Notes: generated by a model from the sequence alone, not told the origin. 64,000 bases of DNA from Balanoglossus misakiensis (GCA_040954595.2 CM082592.2:8605677-8669676), one strand, 5' to 3'. Numbered from the stretch's first letter, positions 23,818 to 39,500 are shown. Program-made: numbers and translations.

Positions 23818-26800
23818 TTTCAAACCATCATAGAAACAGAGACAACAAATAAAGAACACACAGAATCTTGACTCGCTGTAAAACATTGACCTTCTGTGCA
23901 AGCATGTAACATAATTCACCTAAAAAATATGTTATTCCAGTCAACTGATAAAATGCCCTGTTAATAGCAGTTTGAAAGTGCACATGGCGTCACATCCTCA
24001 GGTTGTGTTATTTTACACGTCTGTGATATTATTCTACATGTATTAACATCTGCCGTCGCAGTGTTCAGTTGTTGTTTTTATGGTGCCCACAGTGTATGTG
24101 TGTGTCATCTGCTAAAAAATTCGCCTGATGAATGTTGATCAATATAAGTTGTATTGAAGACTGGGTGCTAAATGTACAAATGACCTACACCAGCTATATT
24201 GTAAGGCCTGAAATTCAGTCTACTCTGACTTTTAATTCAGTAATCATGTGGATTTTTCTAAGTTACATACTGTATCAAGTTTTAATATGCCGACAAATGA
24301 CGGTCGGCTGTTTCCATGGGCGTACTTAAACCTGTTTTGTCTGGTCCTGCTCTGTCGCATTGCGATGGCATCTAGCTCTGTATGTGCAAAAGGGACCATT
24401 ATGGCAGCACGCAAATACAAATGTAAACAGTCATGGCTGGCAAAGTGATGCGGAAGCTTGATAGAGAACCTCTTTTTTTGTTGCCTCGTTGCATTTATGT
24501 CCGCGATCCAAACGCTGTAATGCGTTTGTGTTTGAGGAGGCATAGATTGTAGACGCTTTGGAGAAACTTTTATCTCAGAACTCGCAGACTTGTGGTATAT
24601 TCCGAGTGCACTGCAGGCTGCTGTTTCAGGCCCCGTCATTAAGACCAAATACTTAAGGATGACACGCGGCTGTATATCAGATACCACTTGCACTTACGTA
24701 GTCGCCAATCGATATCGAAGTCAAGTATGACGTCACACGGACGTCAGTACCATTCCCAGTGTGTGGTTAGAGTTTTCTTTGCATTGAAAGCGGTGTCAGA
24801 CGCTGTAGGTAAAGGTCGCAGTGCGGTGTACACGTAGCTCGGGGTGTATCCATCAGATAAAAGAAATAAGAACCGGTAAAAACCATCTGCTGACTTTCTT
24901 CACGTCTCAGCACTTACTGGGTACATGAGCAATTGTCAATGAAAAAAGTGTTGTATTTTTCCTGTTTAGGTACTATTTTCAAACCTCCTCCGAAAAATTA
25001 GCTATATTTGTGAAGTGTCTTCCCTTTTTGCATAATTAACATCAAGCCGTCCCCTGCCGTGCCAGTGTTTGGCAATTCTCAATATATGTGCTGTCCATGT
25101 TTGTTATTGTGACCTGTCCTGACCTGAACTTCCACCCGAGGCTGCCAAGGTTGCATTCAACCAATGAAAATTAATCTTCTCTGACCTCTGCTTGGAGATT
25201 TTTCCCACTGATACCGGCAGTCAACATTTAGCGTACATGTATATATGCAAATCCCTTCAGGTATCCGTTATGAAAATCAGCCTTTCTGTTTAATCAAAAT
25301 CTGGCATGAGTTTTCGCACACTTATATGCTAGCTTGCAGATCTTTCTGACAAGGACTTTGGGGAAGGGAATAAGAATAAATTTGTGTTTGAATGATGGAA
25401 GCTGGGATGAGAGGGAAGATCTTGAGTTTTGGCCAGAATATGTGTAAATTGTCAGGAAACGGTGGACGGTCAGAGTCAGCTCTTGAAGTTGGTCGATGAC
25501 GACGCAAGCACCTACAAAAATAGGCACTTTTATTTCCCACGTGACATACTCGTGTCTCGCTCGGACCCTAGAACTGTCGCCAGACCGAGAGAGTGATTTT
25601 TGATGGCGTGTTTAAAGACAGCGAATAAGGAGGAAATCGTGACTGCTTTGCCAGACCTGGATTGTGGTGATGGGGGCATCATCGCATGCACTGATGCAGG
25701 AGAGAGAGAGGAAAATCTCGCCCACGACGCATATGTGCCTCACGTTCAGATGAGAATCCTGCTAGAATTACAATTAGAGCTGTCCACCACAAAGAGTCCT
25801 GTGCTATTAAATGACAGACGACGCATCGCTCGGTAGAATACATTGCAAATGAGATGAAATTTGACAGCCCTTCCAGTTTACTAGGAATTTCGAAGAACTG
25901 GAGTGAATTCAAGTTACAGATTAGAAGATTTTTTTCTTTTTCACCAACTGGGTGAATGATTTTTTGATGAATTATCTACTCATAACAAATTCAATCAAAA
26001 TGCTGAGAAGATTCACTGTGGACTGAATTACACAGAATTTCGGTAGCTGTGACCAGAATTGTCATGATTTATGCTAATGACTGGAGTTTTTGCAGGTTCT
26101 CTGCGTTGAAAATATCAGTCAGAATTCATTTGTTCAGTCACTTTTCCCAGTAATTTAGGTCCACAGTGACACGGTTTTGCTTTCACTCGGCCCAATCGGG
26201 TGCGTTTAATGATAGAAAAAAAAATGCAAATGGACGCCGTGACATATAAAACTGCCATCAGGAAGCAGGTTGCCTGAAGGTAAGAGTGTCGAGAGAGGGA
26301 TTTTTTTACGCCGTGTATGTGACAGGAAAGATTCTAATGCCAAGTCAAAGCGCTGATAATGACTATCGAAACAAGTGATAAGTGAAAAAGAAAATCAATC
26401 GTTGATGGAATCGGCGAATGAGAACGAGTGACTGAGAGTGGGAGTTTCTTTCTAAAAGCTAGATCATGAAAAAAGCGTTACTTTATGACGCGGCTGGATG
26501 TTCTGGATACTCTCAGACATACCTGAGATGAACTTGGCAAATATGTACTCTGTTTAATTGAAGTGTTCTCCCTCACAACCAAAATTCAAGGGGGGGGGGG
26601 GGGGTGCGTAAGATGAGAAATTATCACAAATGACAGGATTTTTAATATCCGCAAATAAGTCGAACAACTGAGGCCGCACAATGTACATCAGCTGAAAATG
26701 AAGATTTTGGATGTGATAGTTAAACAAGTATCACAGAGATTGTTTTTCTTGTTATGAAAACATTTTGAAAGGCATTGGAAACATTTGAAGTCATGAAAAG

Positions 26801-29262
26801 ATAATTATAATCAACTTGCAATTAACCCCACATGACCCGAAGTTGAGATGATGCAACTTTAATTTCCGATAGCGGTCAGAAGTCTGACCGCCCGGAATTT
26901 TAAGCCAGTATTTGCGATTAGTGGTACGTGATGCGAAACTAAAACATTCTGAATTCCAATTACAGACAGGCCTATCACATTACAGCAAGAAAAAGGCTTT
27001 TCAAAATATCTGCAGATCATCAGCAGATGAAACATCATTTGTTATGGTGATCTCCATGACTTCAGCCTCCATCCACGTTTGATTGCTTGGTCACCCCCGT
27101 GTGTCCCTAAACATGGTACAACCCAGTTGATCTGCGAAGCAAAGCATGACACCCTGCTCACCCCTATTTTGTTATCCCAGTAGTACAAGCTGATTGGACC
27201 TACTGTCCTATGGTCTTCTGTCTATAAAACCATATACCCAGTCATAGAAAACAGAAATATAACCAAATGCCCCTCATACAGACCAGTATGAACTTAAAAT
27301 CTATGCAATTAGACATCTTTGTACGAGCGACATCTTTTCCCTAAGGACAATTGTGTGTGATTGACTTTGCACGAGTGAGCGTTTGTTCACGGAAGTGTGA
27401 AAGCCAGGAAACTAATTTCATTGGTTTTGTAAATTAGTGTAATTCAGACTTCGAAAAAGTAGCCTTGTTGTTTAAATGGTCATAGCTGTATGGGGACTTG
27501 GGTCTTTAAAGTGTATCAGGCGGATGGATACCCTCTTAAATTTGGGCAAAAAATAGAAACACACTGTCCTTAACAACAAATAACGTTAGTATGCAAATGA
27601 ACCGTTACTGTATCAAAAAATTCTCGGGAGGACACTGTTAACACGTACATTGTATCTGTGAGCGGGTGTACGGTGGCCCTGAGGCGTGCGCTACTAATAA
27701 ATTACATGTCGTGATGATAGGTATGGCACCTCGGCTCTCCATTCCCAGGGACCCCCGAGGTCATCTGCAGGTCCCTCCAAGATTAATCCTCTTCGTGAAG
27801 GAGAGCTGTTTTTCTCTGGAGGCGAAATGTGATGATGCGAAGATGAAGTTTGAAGCCAATTGAATACAATAATCTCAAAGTGCAACAGTTGGGGGGTTAT
27901 TGAGGGTCAGAAATGTTCTCCATGGATAAGAAAGTGCAAATATTGAGAATGCAGTGGAAAGGTTGAAATTGTCACGACACACACATATTGACTTGCAGCA
28001 GGGATCATGTAAATGCAGACATACGTATGTACGTATGACAATAACGTACGTGTATACTGCAGAAATCTCCTCTGATATATAATGTAATATAATGTAATCA
28101 CTTCCGTAAAATCGCCTGACATTATCAAATTTTATCTGATACCGAGCATCCGATGAAAGGCCAATGAAAGTGCCACAGCTGTTCTGTGCAATCAGTATCT
28201 GTTTTCGTAGACGACTTTTCTTTTTCCGGTGAAAAAATTACAGATGAAATGTGAACATGTGCTATTCCCTTGTGCTTGCAGATTTATTTGGCCTGCAAAA
28301 TAACTGTGAAAGAAACAATTGTATCATAGAACTTGGCCCATTGTGATTATTTATTCCTAGGAGAATTTTTTCCGACGAGCCCCCCCCCCCCCCCCCCCAG
28401 TGATTTACGATTATGGCATTATGTTTGATATGACGTGAGATCAAACTTGATTAAAAGATAAGGTGTGGCCGCTTTCTCATCGTAAATCAAACGCTCTCTG
28501 CAGCGCCAGTCGAATTGTCAGAGTCGTATTAAGTGTGTGTAAACATCTATCATTGCGTTTGCGATCTGAGCAAAGATGTGACAAATGGCCACCAGCCAAC
28601 ACAAACAGAGCTGGCAATGAGCGAAAGAAAACAAGAATTGATGGACTGTGAAGATATATAGTGAAAAATGGAAAAATTTGGAATGAGCAGGAATGACTTG
28701 AGGTAAAATTTTTAGGTTACATGTATTATAAGCCAATCAGAATACTGTACCCGGTTGAACACGGTTAGTGCGTGACTGTACTCTCCCGTAAATAGACCCA
28801 CATTAAAAAAAAATGCATCTAACAGATTTCATGTACCCCATGGCCTGTTACAAAACTGCCATCACTGAGCACAGTGTAAATCAGTGTGACACTGTCAACT
28901 TTGATTTTCGTATAAATTCAATCATGGACAGAGCCTAGACGTCAGTTTAGGTGGGATCTCATCATTCATGTTTAAAAGACTTATTAAATGATGACGTTCT
29001 TTCGTGGGTGTCCGTGTCTGCTGGTAATGACAAATTTACCCCACATATGGTGACATGGTGTAATTATATCACTCATCCATAAGTAGGGCACATATATCTG
29101 GTGACCAAATACAGGATCTGTTGAAAAGATCACAAATATATATTTTAGGTTTCATGTTTAATAAAAGGCAAGAGTAATCCATGAGTGGGGAAAATACCCC
29201 GAAGATAATAACAGTATTTGAGAGTCATTGAGCTGGAAGAAGACGAGATATACTGATTCTGT

Positions 29263-29282
29263 GAGAGAGAGAGAGAGAGAGA
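29263..29282. repeat. (GA)n microsatellite
   Basis: Read directly. Confidence 0.9.
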
Positions 29283-29513
29283 TCTGTTGTCATGTGACAT
29301 TTCCCAGTACCGATCATCCCATCATGTGACATTTCTGAACCAATCAGCATAGGGAAAGTACTAATTCAGTTAAGAAATTGTTGGAGGACTGTGACCATGG
29401 TATATGAACTCTATTGTGGAAGTTTAAATCAGTGATTGTTTAAAAATTAAAACAAGACGGTGAACACCCTGTTTTCTTGTTTGTTTTCATTAAGACTCCT
29501 TGTACACTTAAAT

Positions 29514-29581
29514 ATAGGAACAAATTGAAAGGTTTGGATGGCTATCATAGGAAAGAATTGAAAGGTTAGGATGGCTATCAT
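29514..29581. repeat. 33-bp tandem duplication
   Basis: ataggaacaaattgaaaggtttggatggctatc followed by ataggaaagaattgaaaggttaggatggctatc. Confidence 0.9.
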
Positions 29582-30736
29582 TTTTTTCTGAAAATCTGTC
29601 CCCGAGGCATGAACTACCTGAAGCTGTTTGGATCCACAAACCAATAGCTTGCTTGTGGGTGGTGTCCTCAATCTTTAGGGAGTTCATTTCCAGAAGGCAT
29701 AAGAGCTTCTTTTGTACCGTGAACTAATTCGTTATCAATAAACTTTAAGCCGACAGATTACGAGCTGGATTTTTTTTACCAATCAGGTAGCTATCATGAG
29801 CACTGCAAATTGATTTTGTGGCAATAATCGGTGGAATTACTGAAGGGGCATGTCGCGATGGACATCACAGTAAACAGGGTGAATGGCTGTGCCCGAAGTT
29901 GATGAACAAATATTCTACTTGACATATACTTGATGTCTCTTGAAACTTCATTATGTGTCTGAAATGTTTATCATCAGTATTTTTGAAAGTCAAGCTGGCT
30001 CCATTTTAACAATCTTATCCTCCCAATCATTTGAAGATCGATCGCTCGCTGTGATTGACTTCAAGGGACAAAGAAGCCCGATAGTCGATGCCCATCCTTG
30101 CTTGTTTTGAATATTTGTGTTTTCTTTCACGCTCGCGTTCAAATTCACGCCATGATTCGACGACATCGATTGGTGTTTCGTCCGGGTGGGTGGAAATGAC
30201 TGAAGGCACAGCAGCCGTTTCATGTTGTGAGATTTGCATAACACGGCTGTTGACTACAGCAGCTCTTTACTTTATTCCAAGACATTCAAATTAAATCCCC
30301 TATGTGTGTTTGTGCAAAAGGTGGAACCAGCGTTGCCATGGTACCCACCACTGCCTGTTGTATCACACTGAAATGTCGCTTTGCAAGGACAGAGGAAATC
30401 AGGGTTCTCCCCAGGAATTTATAGGCTAATTTACATAACAATTGATTGTTATTATAATAAGTTCATATTGTTTCCCTAAAAGCATAGTTCACACTGAGGT
30501 GACAGTTGTTCATTTCATGCCTATGTGAAAAATGTACATTGTTTTGATAACTTTACAGTTTGAACTGATTAGGAAATTGTTTTAAATTGTCAAAACTTAG
30601 AAATTGTTGATAAACATTGTAGAATTTTCCAGACATGTTTATATTTCAAGAAGGAAAATTGGAAAATAAATAGATTCGAATGAAATCAAACATGAGATCG
30701 AGAATGTAATCTGTTTGTTTGCACATGTACTTTGAA

Positions 30737-30848
30737 AATCATTATCTTGCTTGAAAGGATTCAGAAAAGATTAACTGTGAGTCTACTGTTTGGTTTGTAT
30801 GGGGATTCGTAATCATTATCTTGCTTGAGTGCATTCTGAAGAGGTTAA
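30737..30848. repeat. Diverged direct repeat, period ~74
   Basis: aatcattatcttgcttga... at 30737 and 30811. Confidence 0.75.
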
Positions 30849-33454
30849 TGGTGGATATGCAATTTGGGATGTTGTCTGATGACATTTCTTTGTATCGAGA
30901 GGATCTGTGAGGTACAAGTTGGCGCGACACACATAGGCTGTGGGAAGGCTGTCTGTTATTGAATCATAGGGTATTGTAATTGTACACACAAATAAACACA
31001 AAGTGGGTCAGACTGGTTAGGGGTCAAAACCCTGGGGAATGCCCCAAGTATGCTGGCTGTCGGAAATTTGTTGGACAGTGACACCTCCCTGAGGTCAAAG
31101 GTCAGGTTGCATTGAAGGGATAGTGGTAGCATATTGGGTGTATCGTGGATCTTTTGCAGGTGTAGTTCATGGCAAAACAAATGCATTTCTGGAGCCATTG
31201 CTTTTATTGATATGCAATCACTTGACGAATAATGATGCATCTCGCTTTGTTTCATGATACAGTCCAATGTGGCTGCCCAGAAGCCAATTATGAATATTAT
31301 TTTGAAAACAGGAACTTTCATCATCTGTTCCATCTGAAATTAAGCAGGAACAGGGAAATGGGGATGCATAAGTCGTGAGGAATCATTCAGTTCCTTTGCG
31401 CAGCTGTGATGTGATGAGAGAAATAGGCGGACAGAAGCCGTTGCTGCAGGAATACTGCCAGGGAGACAAGTTTTGACAATTGATGACTGATGAAGAGGAG
31501 CGGGCGGTACTCTTGCAGGCAACATAATCAATTTAGAGATCCGGTTTCATCTGATGTGGCCCCTGGGATATAGAGTATAACATGCACCATAATCGATTAA
31601 GGAGAGAACCATTTGATTGGGGGGGGGAGGATTTTTTTGGGAAAAAGATTTGTTTGCAGTCTATGGTGCAGAGGAAAAGATACAGGCCAATTGTGAAAAA
31701 CTGATTTTTGTATAAATTATAGATATTTAAATAAAAAGACTATAGAAATTTAACATTAAATGTAAAATTTAATACTAGAATGATTGTGAGAAAGTAAGTG
31801 TGTGTGATGTCACGAATGTTGAATCCGTAGATGGGGGTTGAGACTGACTGAGGCATTGCAGAGAACGGCCATCTTTGTTGAGAGATGGCGAAACAGCAGT
31901 ATATCTGCTTATATATGCAGACGCAGTGGCGTTATGGCGTAAATCTGTCAATCCCGATATATCACCAATATGAATAGGGTGTCTGAACTTCTGTGGATTC
32001 CATGGAAACACGTAGTACTGTACAGATCGGGAAGGAGAAACCAAGATGCGCGATAATAGATTAGTCCTGTGTAGCCATGGTAACCGTGCTGTGTAATGTA
32101 ACGTTAATTTTGTCTGGAATCTCTCACTGTGCTGGCACTAACGCTCTTTGATGTTTGGGCCCTTTGACTCCATATCTCTTGTATAACCTTGTGCGTGTGA
32201 ATTAGAAATTATGTAAAGATGAAAAAGGGTTATTTTTAATACTAAGATATGGGCAGGGTATAAGTTAGAGAGTAGGGTATCTTGCACTGAAAAGGCTTTT
32301 ACTCTGCTGTAGCTGCCGTTATTTAGAAGGACTTGCTGCCCTACGGCACACGGCTACAGGGCCAGGAGAAATCCACTGCATACTAAACTCATAACGACAG
32401 CATTTGATTGTGATGTATTCTACATACTGGCTGCATACAAAAAAGGCACGAGGGACTTGGGACAGTCTAGAGACTGCGTAATGTATATGTCTATACTCAA
32501 TCACAACGTGTCATAGTTGATGTACATGCTAAATTGCATGATGGGATTTTGCTTTTAAAACGTCCGAGAGAATCATAGAATCAGAGTGATTTCTGCAACA
32601 ACAAGGAAATGAATAAACAGATGTGCGACTCGACAAGCTTCAGTGACTACTTTGTGTTCAGCGATCGGCAGATCAGATTGTCAGTGTTATTGTGCGAAAA
32701 TGGAAATGTTCCGTCGCGGGGCAAATGTATAATTGCGAGCAGCGAACACCCTTACAGATCAATAGGTAGATAATTGCATTACCAGTAGATGTTATTGTCG
32801 GCCTAAATGTGATCAAAGATTCTTATAAATAATTCTTGGGAGGGTCGCTTGCCGGCATTGTGTCACTCTCTGTGTGTTGCGGTGCGTTATCAGATAGAGG
32901 GAGGATGATGGCGTGGGGAGATGCGCGTGACAATAATGATGACATGTAGGGAATAGAGAAATGATCTAGTTAGATGCTTTGTGGGTAATAGCATTGGAAA
33001 GGCGTTTTTGGTAGACAGGTGATCAGGCAGGAGGTTCGTTGTATCCTGTTGACAGAAAATATGTGTGTCTGGAAGGTGGATGGGGTGGTTAAGTTATAGG
33101 CATTTAATTGATTTTGTTTCGTGTAGGCCTGTAGCTGGTGATATTGTATTCATTATGTCTGTGTGAGCTGTGTGATCTATGTAAATATACCAGACTTTTA
33201 CTGGTACATGTACGATGACTGGACTGAGGTGAAATGGAACGACCTTCAGTTTGTTCACGTGAATGTCAAACTGTCAATGTTACTGCCATCATTATACGGT
33301 TGGTATGTATGTAAACATTTCGTTAACATACATTCCAGAACTCAAGGTCTATTCCGAACCACTTTACGCGGGACCTGCATCTAATGAATTCCAACGGCGA
33401 TATCACATCCCACGACATTGCTTGGGCCTGCTTAATCTCGTGAAACCTGCTTAA

Positions 33455-33546
33455 TTAACCCTTGCACCACCATGGTTTGGTCCAAATCCATTGCTTTCTA
33501 TGGTAAACTTGGCCCTCTATAGAGAGAACTGAGGGTTAACGTTGAA
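33455..33546. mobile_element. ~90-bp TTAA-CCC-terminated miniature element (piggyBac-type MITE), copy 1
   Basis: ttaaccct...accatggtttggtccaaatcca...ttctatggtaaa...gggttaa; homologous copy at 41064. Confidence 0.65.
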
Positions 33547-36500
33547 AATCGCCTTTAGATGAATATTTTCTGCTTGTGATTAAAGTCGGCTGTATCAGAA
33601 ACACAGAAATCGCATTTTTGTAACTGCCTTTGTAAGGGTACATCTATTTAGTATTTTACATAATTATAAACATGGATTGGCCACCGTTTGGATGCGTGAC
33701 TCCCAAATCATCCGAGGGGGAGTTATTTGTGAGTCTAATTCAATAAAAATGGTGAAATTTAATCAAAATGGGAAAACTAAATCAAAACGGTGAAATTTGA
33801 TTCTTGTATGCAGTTTCAGATGTCGGGAATGCATTCTTGATAGATGTTCATGGTTACAAGTTACATGACCTTAATTGGGGTCGCTGTCGTATAGCATTGC
33901 CACCTTGATGTAGGCATGAACCAGTGATGTGTAGACCTACATAATTCTAGTCCTCACCATTGTCGGCCATTCAAAATTTTGATTTTATCTGAAATTTTGG
34001 AAAGTTATAGAAATAGTAACCTCTAACATCAGCTCAGATGTTTCATGTCAGTGCCACTGAACACACCATTTGCAAAGCAACTTATTTCTGAATAATTTAT
34101 CGTTACGTATACACTGCCTAAATTTTTCATCATTTAGCGAGCCATGTAACGCTTGTATTTGCCATTCCTGCCAATAAAAAGATCAAATTCTTAGTAATTG
34201 AGGAAACTCTGAAGGAATTTAGTGTGGATGGTTTCTAATTTGCAAAATTTATTATGTAAAACCCATGTGGTATGGCCATTGTGAGGAAATCAGTCAATCT
34301 TCTTCTTGATTAGTGGGGACAGAGAAACGATAGATCAAGACTTGACCAGATGCGCTTTTTGACAGATTACAAATGGCATAAACTTGATCATAAAATTTCA
34401 TCAAAAAAAAAACATTTTTTCTGTTTCGTGACCTGGAAAAGGTCACCAAACCAACCCCATCAGCTACATTGATAATTATGAGATTTTATGACAAATAAAA
34501 TGAAAAAGAAAAAAATTAAAGCAGAGATTTTCCGTTTATTCTACTGGTAAAGATATTAGTATGCCGCGGACGTCACCTAGGCGACGACAATCTCATAAAT
34601 ATACATGGAAATATGATTCAGTGTAATCTTCCTATTATGATGCATGTAAAGAAAAATCTCCGAAGCCTCGGGGAGTAATTACTTCAGAGTTGTATTGTGT
34701 CGCCATAGCAACAGGCACCTGTTTGATCAGACTTGTGTATGAATAGCAAGGGTCAAAGGTCAGCAGATCAAATATATATATGCTTGAACGATATTATCAG
34801 TCGTCTTTACTGCTTGATTTCTTTAAAACTGTTAATCCCTTTGCAGTGTTATTTTACAGCAGGAGTCTTACCACAAAAGTGTGTTAATATTGGTTAGTTT
34901 TTGGTAATATAGGCCGTGTGTCAATTCTCTGCTCTCTCTTGTTTTTTTTAATAGCGGGAAGTGATACAATATCTACCGTCAGTTTGAAATGTCCTCGTTT
35001 TGTTCGTACATCATTAAACATAAAATAGGTCTTGCCGAGTTGTGTGGCTGTCCAGCGTCACAGTTTGTTGTGCTCTTCTCTCTTTCTGTTTGTTGATCCC
35101 AAAAGCATCAATAATTTCTGGTTATCTTCCTCGCTTCGTGAGCAGATCTGCACATCAATAATTGAGCGGTGAAATTTACTACCCTCGTGAGGAAAAAAAC
35201 CTTTTAGGATATTAGGTGCGGCTCATGATTTAATAAGAAGGCAGGGAGTGAATCGTTGTAGCGTCAAACGAGTCTCGTTTATGTGTTAGGCTGGAGTGAT
35301 GCCATTTTGGAGTGACCTTGCATTGACATTATTATTGAAAAAGTCACCAACCACTGTGTACGCATAGAATAAAACATCTAAAGCATGGCTAGAAGAATTC
35401 TTAATATTGGTTTTGATGTCTGTCTCCAGAGCTTTAAATTTCCAACCCATGTTAATTAAATGAAAAATGTATTCCTTTGTTCTCATCTCCAATCGATACT
35501 TCCATGAAATAACAGTCAATGATTCTACGAATTTATCATTAAATGTCGTGTCACAGTTGTTTGTTCACGTGTTTGTCACGTTTTGAGTAGTGGTCCGCAG
35601 GGCAGCTTTTTAATCTGGGCGAAAGCTCTTTCTAATACGCAGATGAAATACCTATACACTTCGTATCATCATAATGGTGTTCCCGGAATGTTCATTTGCA
35701 TATAAATAGTCGATTTGCATTTGAATAGCGGTGGAGTTTGTCCGTCATTCGTCATTCGCGACTGCGTTTCATTGGAGTCTGAAACAGCTGACTTCAGCTG
35801 CTTTCAGGTGAGGCCTCCTGGTATTTGCATAATTCGATTTTCCGAAGTGAAACAGATACGTCGATCAAAAACGCGGGCGAGTGTTAGACTACGGTTTTGA
35901 TCGGAAACTGATGAGTGTCTGTAGGGTTTTCATATTTTTTGCTCAAAGTGCTGCAGAAGTGAAGGCTGCACAGATGGTAATTCAACCACTGTGAATTTAT
36001 TTTCTGCCATCAATTAGCAAATCACTAAGAGAATAAACTATCGTTGGGGTTTAAATGTTAAAAAGTATCATTGAGTCCAGGCTGTAGTTAAGGAACAGTG
36101 AAAAATGACATTGATGTAAAATGAACCACGTCGTAAATTATGCAGTGGTAAATTAATGACGTCGCAACACTTCATCACTCTATTTATCATTTTTAGTGTA
36201 TTAATAACTATCTTAAAATGTAATTATAATACTTGTGATCCCTTGTGACTTCAGTTAACTCAACAGTTGTATTTTTTATCTCTGTAATAAAGCAAATTGT
36301 CGTGTGACTATGAAATATTAATTTCTTTTTGGAACTGAACAATGTAATCCAGGCAGCTTGTAACAACGTTGATCTCCAGATTTCGTTGTATGCGGGAGCT
36401 GTTAACGAATAAAAATATTGACTTAAAGGGACGAGTACGAGGCCATTTTGACCTCCGAATACATTAACTCTGAAGGCGTAACTAACAAACGAAACACTCA

Positions 36501-39500
36501 CGCAGTGAGAATGTTTTTTTTCCCCATAACGATGAAAGATTAATTTTTTTTGCAAATGAATCCTTCGAGCAGTCAACTCTGATCATTACTGTCATTTGAA
36601 TAGGGAGTGAATTTTCCTCGTCATCGGCGACAAAGTACCGCTTTGTGTGATGCAATGCGTCGTCTGTATTGTGCGCGGAGATAGACATGTTTTGTGCGTG
36701 TGACTGATGTGATTTCAACGCTGTCAGTTGCACTTTGGTGAATAGAATTTTACTTAGCTACGATGGCGTGTTTTTTTTCTCTCCAAAACATCATGTAGTT
36801 GTCACGTTACATTTAGCCATCAGACTTCATTTCTGTCATTCAATACAAATGCCATCTCTATAGTACCTCATTTAAAAACAGAAGGTGGTAGCGTGAATCG
36901 TGAAATTTCACTCATTGGTGTCTTCTTGTCACTAGCCAATATGAATGTATCACTGAAAGCTAGTTGAAATCATAACAAATTGGGATATACACTCCGTTTT
37001 CTGTGGTTTGCCTTGAGCCTTAACAATTGCGGGTCAATGTATAAATTTTGCCGTCGATTGTGTTTGAACATGACAATAAAAATTTTACATCATAAAGCAA
37101 TTGCTGATGTGTAATTATTAGCAAACTAATTGCCGTTTTACATCACATTCAAAATAGGTGGATTGGCGTCGTATTGACTGCAGATGAATAACAATTTGTT
37201 TTTATCTCCATTACTGCGCATTTGTAAAATTTACTGCTTTGATAAGTCGTAGTTCAGTGATCAAATGGCATGATATGTGACATTATTAGTGATTGTTTAA
37301 TTTTCATGTTTCCGTCTAAATTTAATTGAGGTTGCCGTGAGCTTGTATTTACGACAAAGAAATTGTGCTTTTTCCCCCAATTTATGGCATTGTTATTATG
37401 CCAAGTTTGACCTTTGTGTAAATTCTGTTGTAAACCGCATCGCATACTTTTATCGAAGTGACAATTTCCAAAAGATCACACTTTGACAAGCCATATTATT
37501 TTATATCATGATAAGTGCACATTGTAGTAATTTGATCTCATTTTGCCAACTGCGCAATGTCCAACGGGTTTGCTCATCAAGTGACGGCAAATCCGCTTGA
37601 TATGTATATTTTTGTACATATATCTATGTCCTTGTCTTATTTATAGATGTCGATGCATTTAGATGGAATGGATAAAGATAGCAACAGTAAACAGGTCGGG
37701 GGGTCGTTGTGTTGGAACTAGTGTTGGTATTTGGCGGTTGTAGTCAGTGAAGCCAGTTAAATTAAGATGGACATTTGATTCCTGTCTGTGTCTGAGAACC
37801 CTTTCACGTTAGATATACATGTACTGATTAAACTATATTATTAATTTTGGCAGAGAGAATGTTTTCGTAATAAAAATAAAAGGAAGCTGCATAAAGGAAA
37901 TTAATTTTATTATCTCTGTATAGAATGTACATGTATCATAATCCCACTGAGGGGGTCTTATAATCAAAGGTGTCAATGTGGAGAAATTGATCAAATGGCC
38001 CCCATGGGGTCATATCATTAAGCAGGGTACTAATGATGGAATGAATTCGGTATGTAAATTTCAGTGGCATACAGGTACATGCAAACAATTTGGGGGGGGG
38101 GGGATATATGTTTGTGTCTTTCTGTCTGCTGCACAAATTTACTGTCTGGATCTGTTGGGTACAAATCACTGGTTTCCAAGGAAATGGCTGTTAAAAAAGT
38201 CTAACTTGTATTTTTACAAAGCTTTATCGCTGTGACATCAGCGGTATTAAACCTCCATTAATGCCGCCCGCCTGTCTTACGCATTCCTGTCACTGCGCGC
38301 ACCCCACTCAAAGCCGTGTTTACCATATACGATTCTACGTTTTATATCTTAACGCAACCCTTCGACCCCCGGGGTACGATCATCGTGCGCTCGCCGCTCC
38401 GTATATCAGTGCCAGTTGTCTCCCGGGATCGTAAAAGTGAAATTGCCAGTGAGATTTTATGGTCTTTATTGGCGGAGCGCAAAATGGCTGCGGAATGCGT
38501 AATGAGACTGTCTGATCAGTTCAGCCTATCAGTAATTAGATCAAGGGTACGCGTTGTTTCTCTCGGCCTCTTGAGAGGGGGAAGGACCCCAAAAAGTGCT
38601 TGTTCAGGCGTGCAAGGATCTCATGTCATCATTTATTTTAGCTGGAGCAGCCAGCTTTCCGTAATGCTACCGTAATATAATGCAAACAGATAAAAGTATA
38701 CAGTGCTCTATCGCTAACGTTTTAGTTTCACAACATTTGCTAGTCGTCATGGAAATTTCTCTACCTGACGTTTTTTTGATGAAAATGCATCCATTTGTAA
38801 AATTCCAAGGCATGATTACAATCAAATTCAATCTTCTTCGTCGTGGCACCCCATTGCCCCTCATGCAGATCCAACAGCTCATATGTAATCAATGTTTAAT
38901 AAAAATATCCCCAGTGATGTGATTGTTGCTTAATCAGAAATTTGGGAGCAAATATTGGCATCATAGCGGTAAAGTTTGATTTGAACCAACCACAGTGGAT
39001 TTGGTGAGTCTTGATACATATGGGGAGATACGACATGTAGAATTTGATGGAGCATTGCAGTGACGTCAGTATTTAACAGTCACACAGTGTCAGAGGGTAA
39101 TGTTTCAGTTACACCACACAGTCTGTGTGTATAAATTACCGCCTGCGAACCCAGATGTAAATTTGCAGCATATGGAACATGTGATGATAACATCAGGTGA
39201 TATGGCTTCTGCCGCACGCACTGGAGCCTGCAGTGAAGAGGGATGTGAAACAGCAGCGTTTCTCTTGTAATGACCAGCTTACTTTGCATGCATTATCACC
39301 CTGTAATTCCATTAACAGTGGACAGACCGTGTCCGGCATTTAATCCCTGGGATGTGGCGCCGGTTCGCGGTTAAAAAAAAGACGACAAGAATGACGATAA
39401 TATAGTCAGCCATTAACCCTGTGTCGGTGCACTTTTTGCTCACAAGTGTGAAGGGGGTTTGTATATTAAACGTAGATTCCAGCATTGCAGTTGATGATCA

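Noticed and set aside
16578-30848. Short direct repeats (16578, 29514, 30737) as possible CRISPR-like arrays
   Set aside because: Only two copies each, unrelated to one another, no spacer series and no cas genes; ordinary tandem duplications in eukaryotic DNA.
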